Shown here in pieces: positions 60,741-64,000 of a DNA stretch of 64,000 nucleotides (the first letter of the stretch is position 1; each line of letters starts with the position of its first letter). This stretch comes from the human T2T-CHM13v2.0 reference genome, Homo sapiens: assembly GCF_009914755.1 (NCBI RefSeq), contig NC_060934.1; one strand, written 5' to 3'. The notes beneath the pieces are model-generated. The model had not been told where the DNA came from and did not search any database. It worked only from the letters and a program-made list of their open reading frames with translations. A program made the translations under genes and the position numbers.

Positions 60741-62175
60741 AGGCATTTGTGAACACGGTTGCATCTCTTTTGGGGAAAATAGTTTTGCCCCATTGTTAAA
60801 CAGAAATAAGAAAGAAACCAAATGGTTATAAAGTGAATACTCTGTGCCTGGCATTGTTACAAGGTCTTGCTTATCTTTTTGGTTTATATTGCTAAATACA
60901 AACAATGAGCTAGAAAGACTCTGTGTGCTTTTTTCCTTTAGACGCTTTCAAACTCAGTTTCAGGGGTCAGAATTATTTTGTCTCGTAGCCCTGACTGCAG
61001 TAGTGGCTGTTAAAATTATGTGTATCACAGTGAGACAAAAACCACCCAGAATGGTATTCCTCAGATGTTCTCCTCATTTTTTTTCATTGTCTCGACTTTA
61101 TGTTCTACTTTAACTTAAATAAAACAACAACAACAACAAAAATCCCAAACCAACACAAGACAATAGCATGTTTACTGTTTTGACACAAAGGCTGTTATTC
61201 TCTTCACTTGGTACTTGGTGACAGTATTTTTTCTGGCTCTTCACAAGAACAGATAATGGAAGGATTGTAAAACTTGGTAGCCCAGTTAAAGAATTCTTCC
61301 AGTTAAGGTTTTGTTGTTGTTATTGTTTTCATTGTCTAATATTCTTCCCATGAGCATATAAAATCTCTAGAAGCCAACTGTATATCCTGTTGAATAAGCA
61401 GGGGCCCAACAGATGGCAAATGCCGCTATTGATCTGAATGTTGATTTCTGTGAGACCTTTCTTCTTGTATTTCCTCTGTTCATTCATACGGACGTATAAC
61501 CACTTAGCCAGGTGAGAAGTAAAGTACCTTCTGCTGAAGTGTAGGTATTAAAAATGAGGTGTCGGGAAATAGTCACTGCATGTGCTACTTTGTATAATTA
61601 TTTTGGGAATATAAAGGCTTACAGGGCTTTCAGGCAGGATTGGATTCCATTCATGATTTGGCCTTGTTGGAGCAGCCTTCACTGAATTCCACAACTCAGG
61701 GACATATGTGTAAATGAGCAGGGCAAGCATCTTCCCCTGGAAGCTGGCACCTTCCCATTATCTGGCATGAAGCTCTCATAGCAATGATAGCACCTCATAG
61801 GATGGAGAGTGCTTTGACAGTGTTGGCTGAAATTACTGATGCTTAATAAAGCTCAGTTTCATCAGCCTATTGCTGTAGAATAGTGTTGGTCACTTATAGT
61901 GTTCTTCACTTTATAGAAATCAGTCTCAAAGTCCTTTGTGACATGCTAGACCAGATATGTGGTTTTGAACACTTATTCACATGCAATATTTGGAAGTGTC
62001 CTATTTCCACTCTTGGGACATTGAAAGTGTTTATTAAAAGGACTGTACTGTGTGATTTTTTGCCTTGACTCAAAAGCCACTGGATGACTGAAGAAGGGAG
62101 GTTTTAAAAATAGGTATTATGGATCATATTAGTACAGTTTCATGATAAAAGTGACTCAGAGATTGGGAGCTAGGC

Positions 62176-62343
62176 CAATGCCTCTGAAACTTTAACAAGC
62201 TTACAAATCACCTGGGAATCTGGTTAAAATGCATATTCTGATTTCTTAGTTCTAGGCTTGAGCCGGTCTGATATTCTGTTTCTAATAAGGTCTCAGGTGA
62301 TATAGTTGTGGGTAGGCCATAGGCCACACTTTGGGTTGCAAGG
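62176..62343 (-). mobile_element. MER5A1/MER5B-like element
   Basis: aatcacctgggaatctggttaaaatgcatattctgatt...caggtgat...ccacactttgggttgcaagg. Confidence 0.65.
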
Positions 62344-62801
62344 ATTTAGCTATTAGTTTTGAGAGCAGAAATCTTAGCTTAAATTTAGGTGCCTGCCAAC
62401 AGTATGTTTCATGGAATTCTCATTCTGGTACCTAATTAAAAATGTCAGTTGTATCCAGCAACTGTTGTATTATTCATGTGCATGGAAGTTCATATCTGAG
62501 GAAAGTACAGTCAAGAATGATCAACAAATATGTGTGATAGATTTAGCTAAAAAGTAGAGATAAACAGTTTTTCTCTTAAATGCATTCCTAAAAACTCTCT
62601 TTGATCTTCGGCTATCACACATACACTGCCAGTTGTGTTGGCATCTTATTTTTACAAATTGTGCAATATGTTTCTTTAAAAATTTTACCAGTTGCTAATT
62701 GCTGTACACAAGGTCATTGTGTGGGCTCTAATAGCTGATTGCAGCCTTTAACTAGAAAGTCTGTTTAAGAGGAAATAAGTCACCAGAAAATACTTAATCT
62801 A

Positions 62802-63561
<760 letters not shown>

Positions 63562-64000
63562 AGAGAGTACATTGGATTATCCATAGATGTGGAAAATCTT
63601 ACTCCTCTTCTATATTTTAAGCCTAAGGAAGCTCACTCAATTTCAGAGGTCTGACAGTTACAATAATGAATGTAACTATAAAGGAGTAGTAAGACATCAT
63701 CCCATTTCACAGAAATAGAGTGATAAAATTTTGCAGAATGCTGCTATGCTGGTTCTGTCTTTACACTACTATTGTGCTCAGTGAATTCTTAGAATAAAAC
63801 ACGTACAAGGAGAATGTGATAGTGTAGATTTTTGACATTTTTCAAAAGAAAGTATCCTTTGATATTGAACAGTCCTTTTACTATATTTATTACGAATGTG
63901 AAAATCTGATGGAGTTTTTGTGTGTGAAATATTTCCTTTTGGGGGGATCTTAAACTGATAGATGTTTAACATGTGGCTGCAAAATCAGAAAATTGTGCAA

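Overview
This is primate (human-like) AT-rich intronic DNA. It contains one protein-coding exon, exon 2 of PLXDC2 (plexin domain-containing 2/TEM7R) on the + strand at 56317-56528. The ORF track misses it because it has no in-frame start codon. The rest of the window is the 3' end of intron 1 (1-56316) and the start of intron 2. These introns carry about 25 Alus, three primate L1 3' fragments, solo LTRs (MLT1, THE1, MST, MER68-like, MER110-like, LTR16), hAT DNA transposons, MIR/L2/L3 relics and microsatellites. Repeat subfamily calls come from remembered consensus sequences and need RepeatMasker/Dfam confirmation. I found no support for a new gene or multi-gene system. The best leads are: (1) a MER5A-derived candidate poison exon, whose donor also has recursive-splice-site architecture (38252-38426); (2) a ~263-bp copy of apparently unique DNA that seems to have been pasted into a MIR 2.3 kb from its donor; (3) a head-to-head AluY pair only ~21 bp apart, with one arm unusually rich in transversions; (4) small candidate regulatory elements (a duplicated octamer, a TEAD cluster and a heat-shock element).
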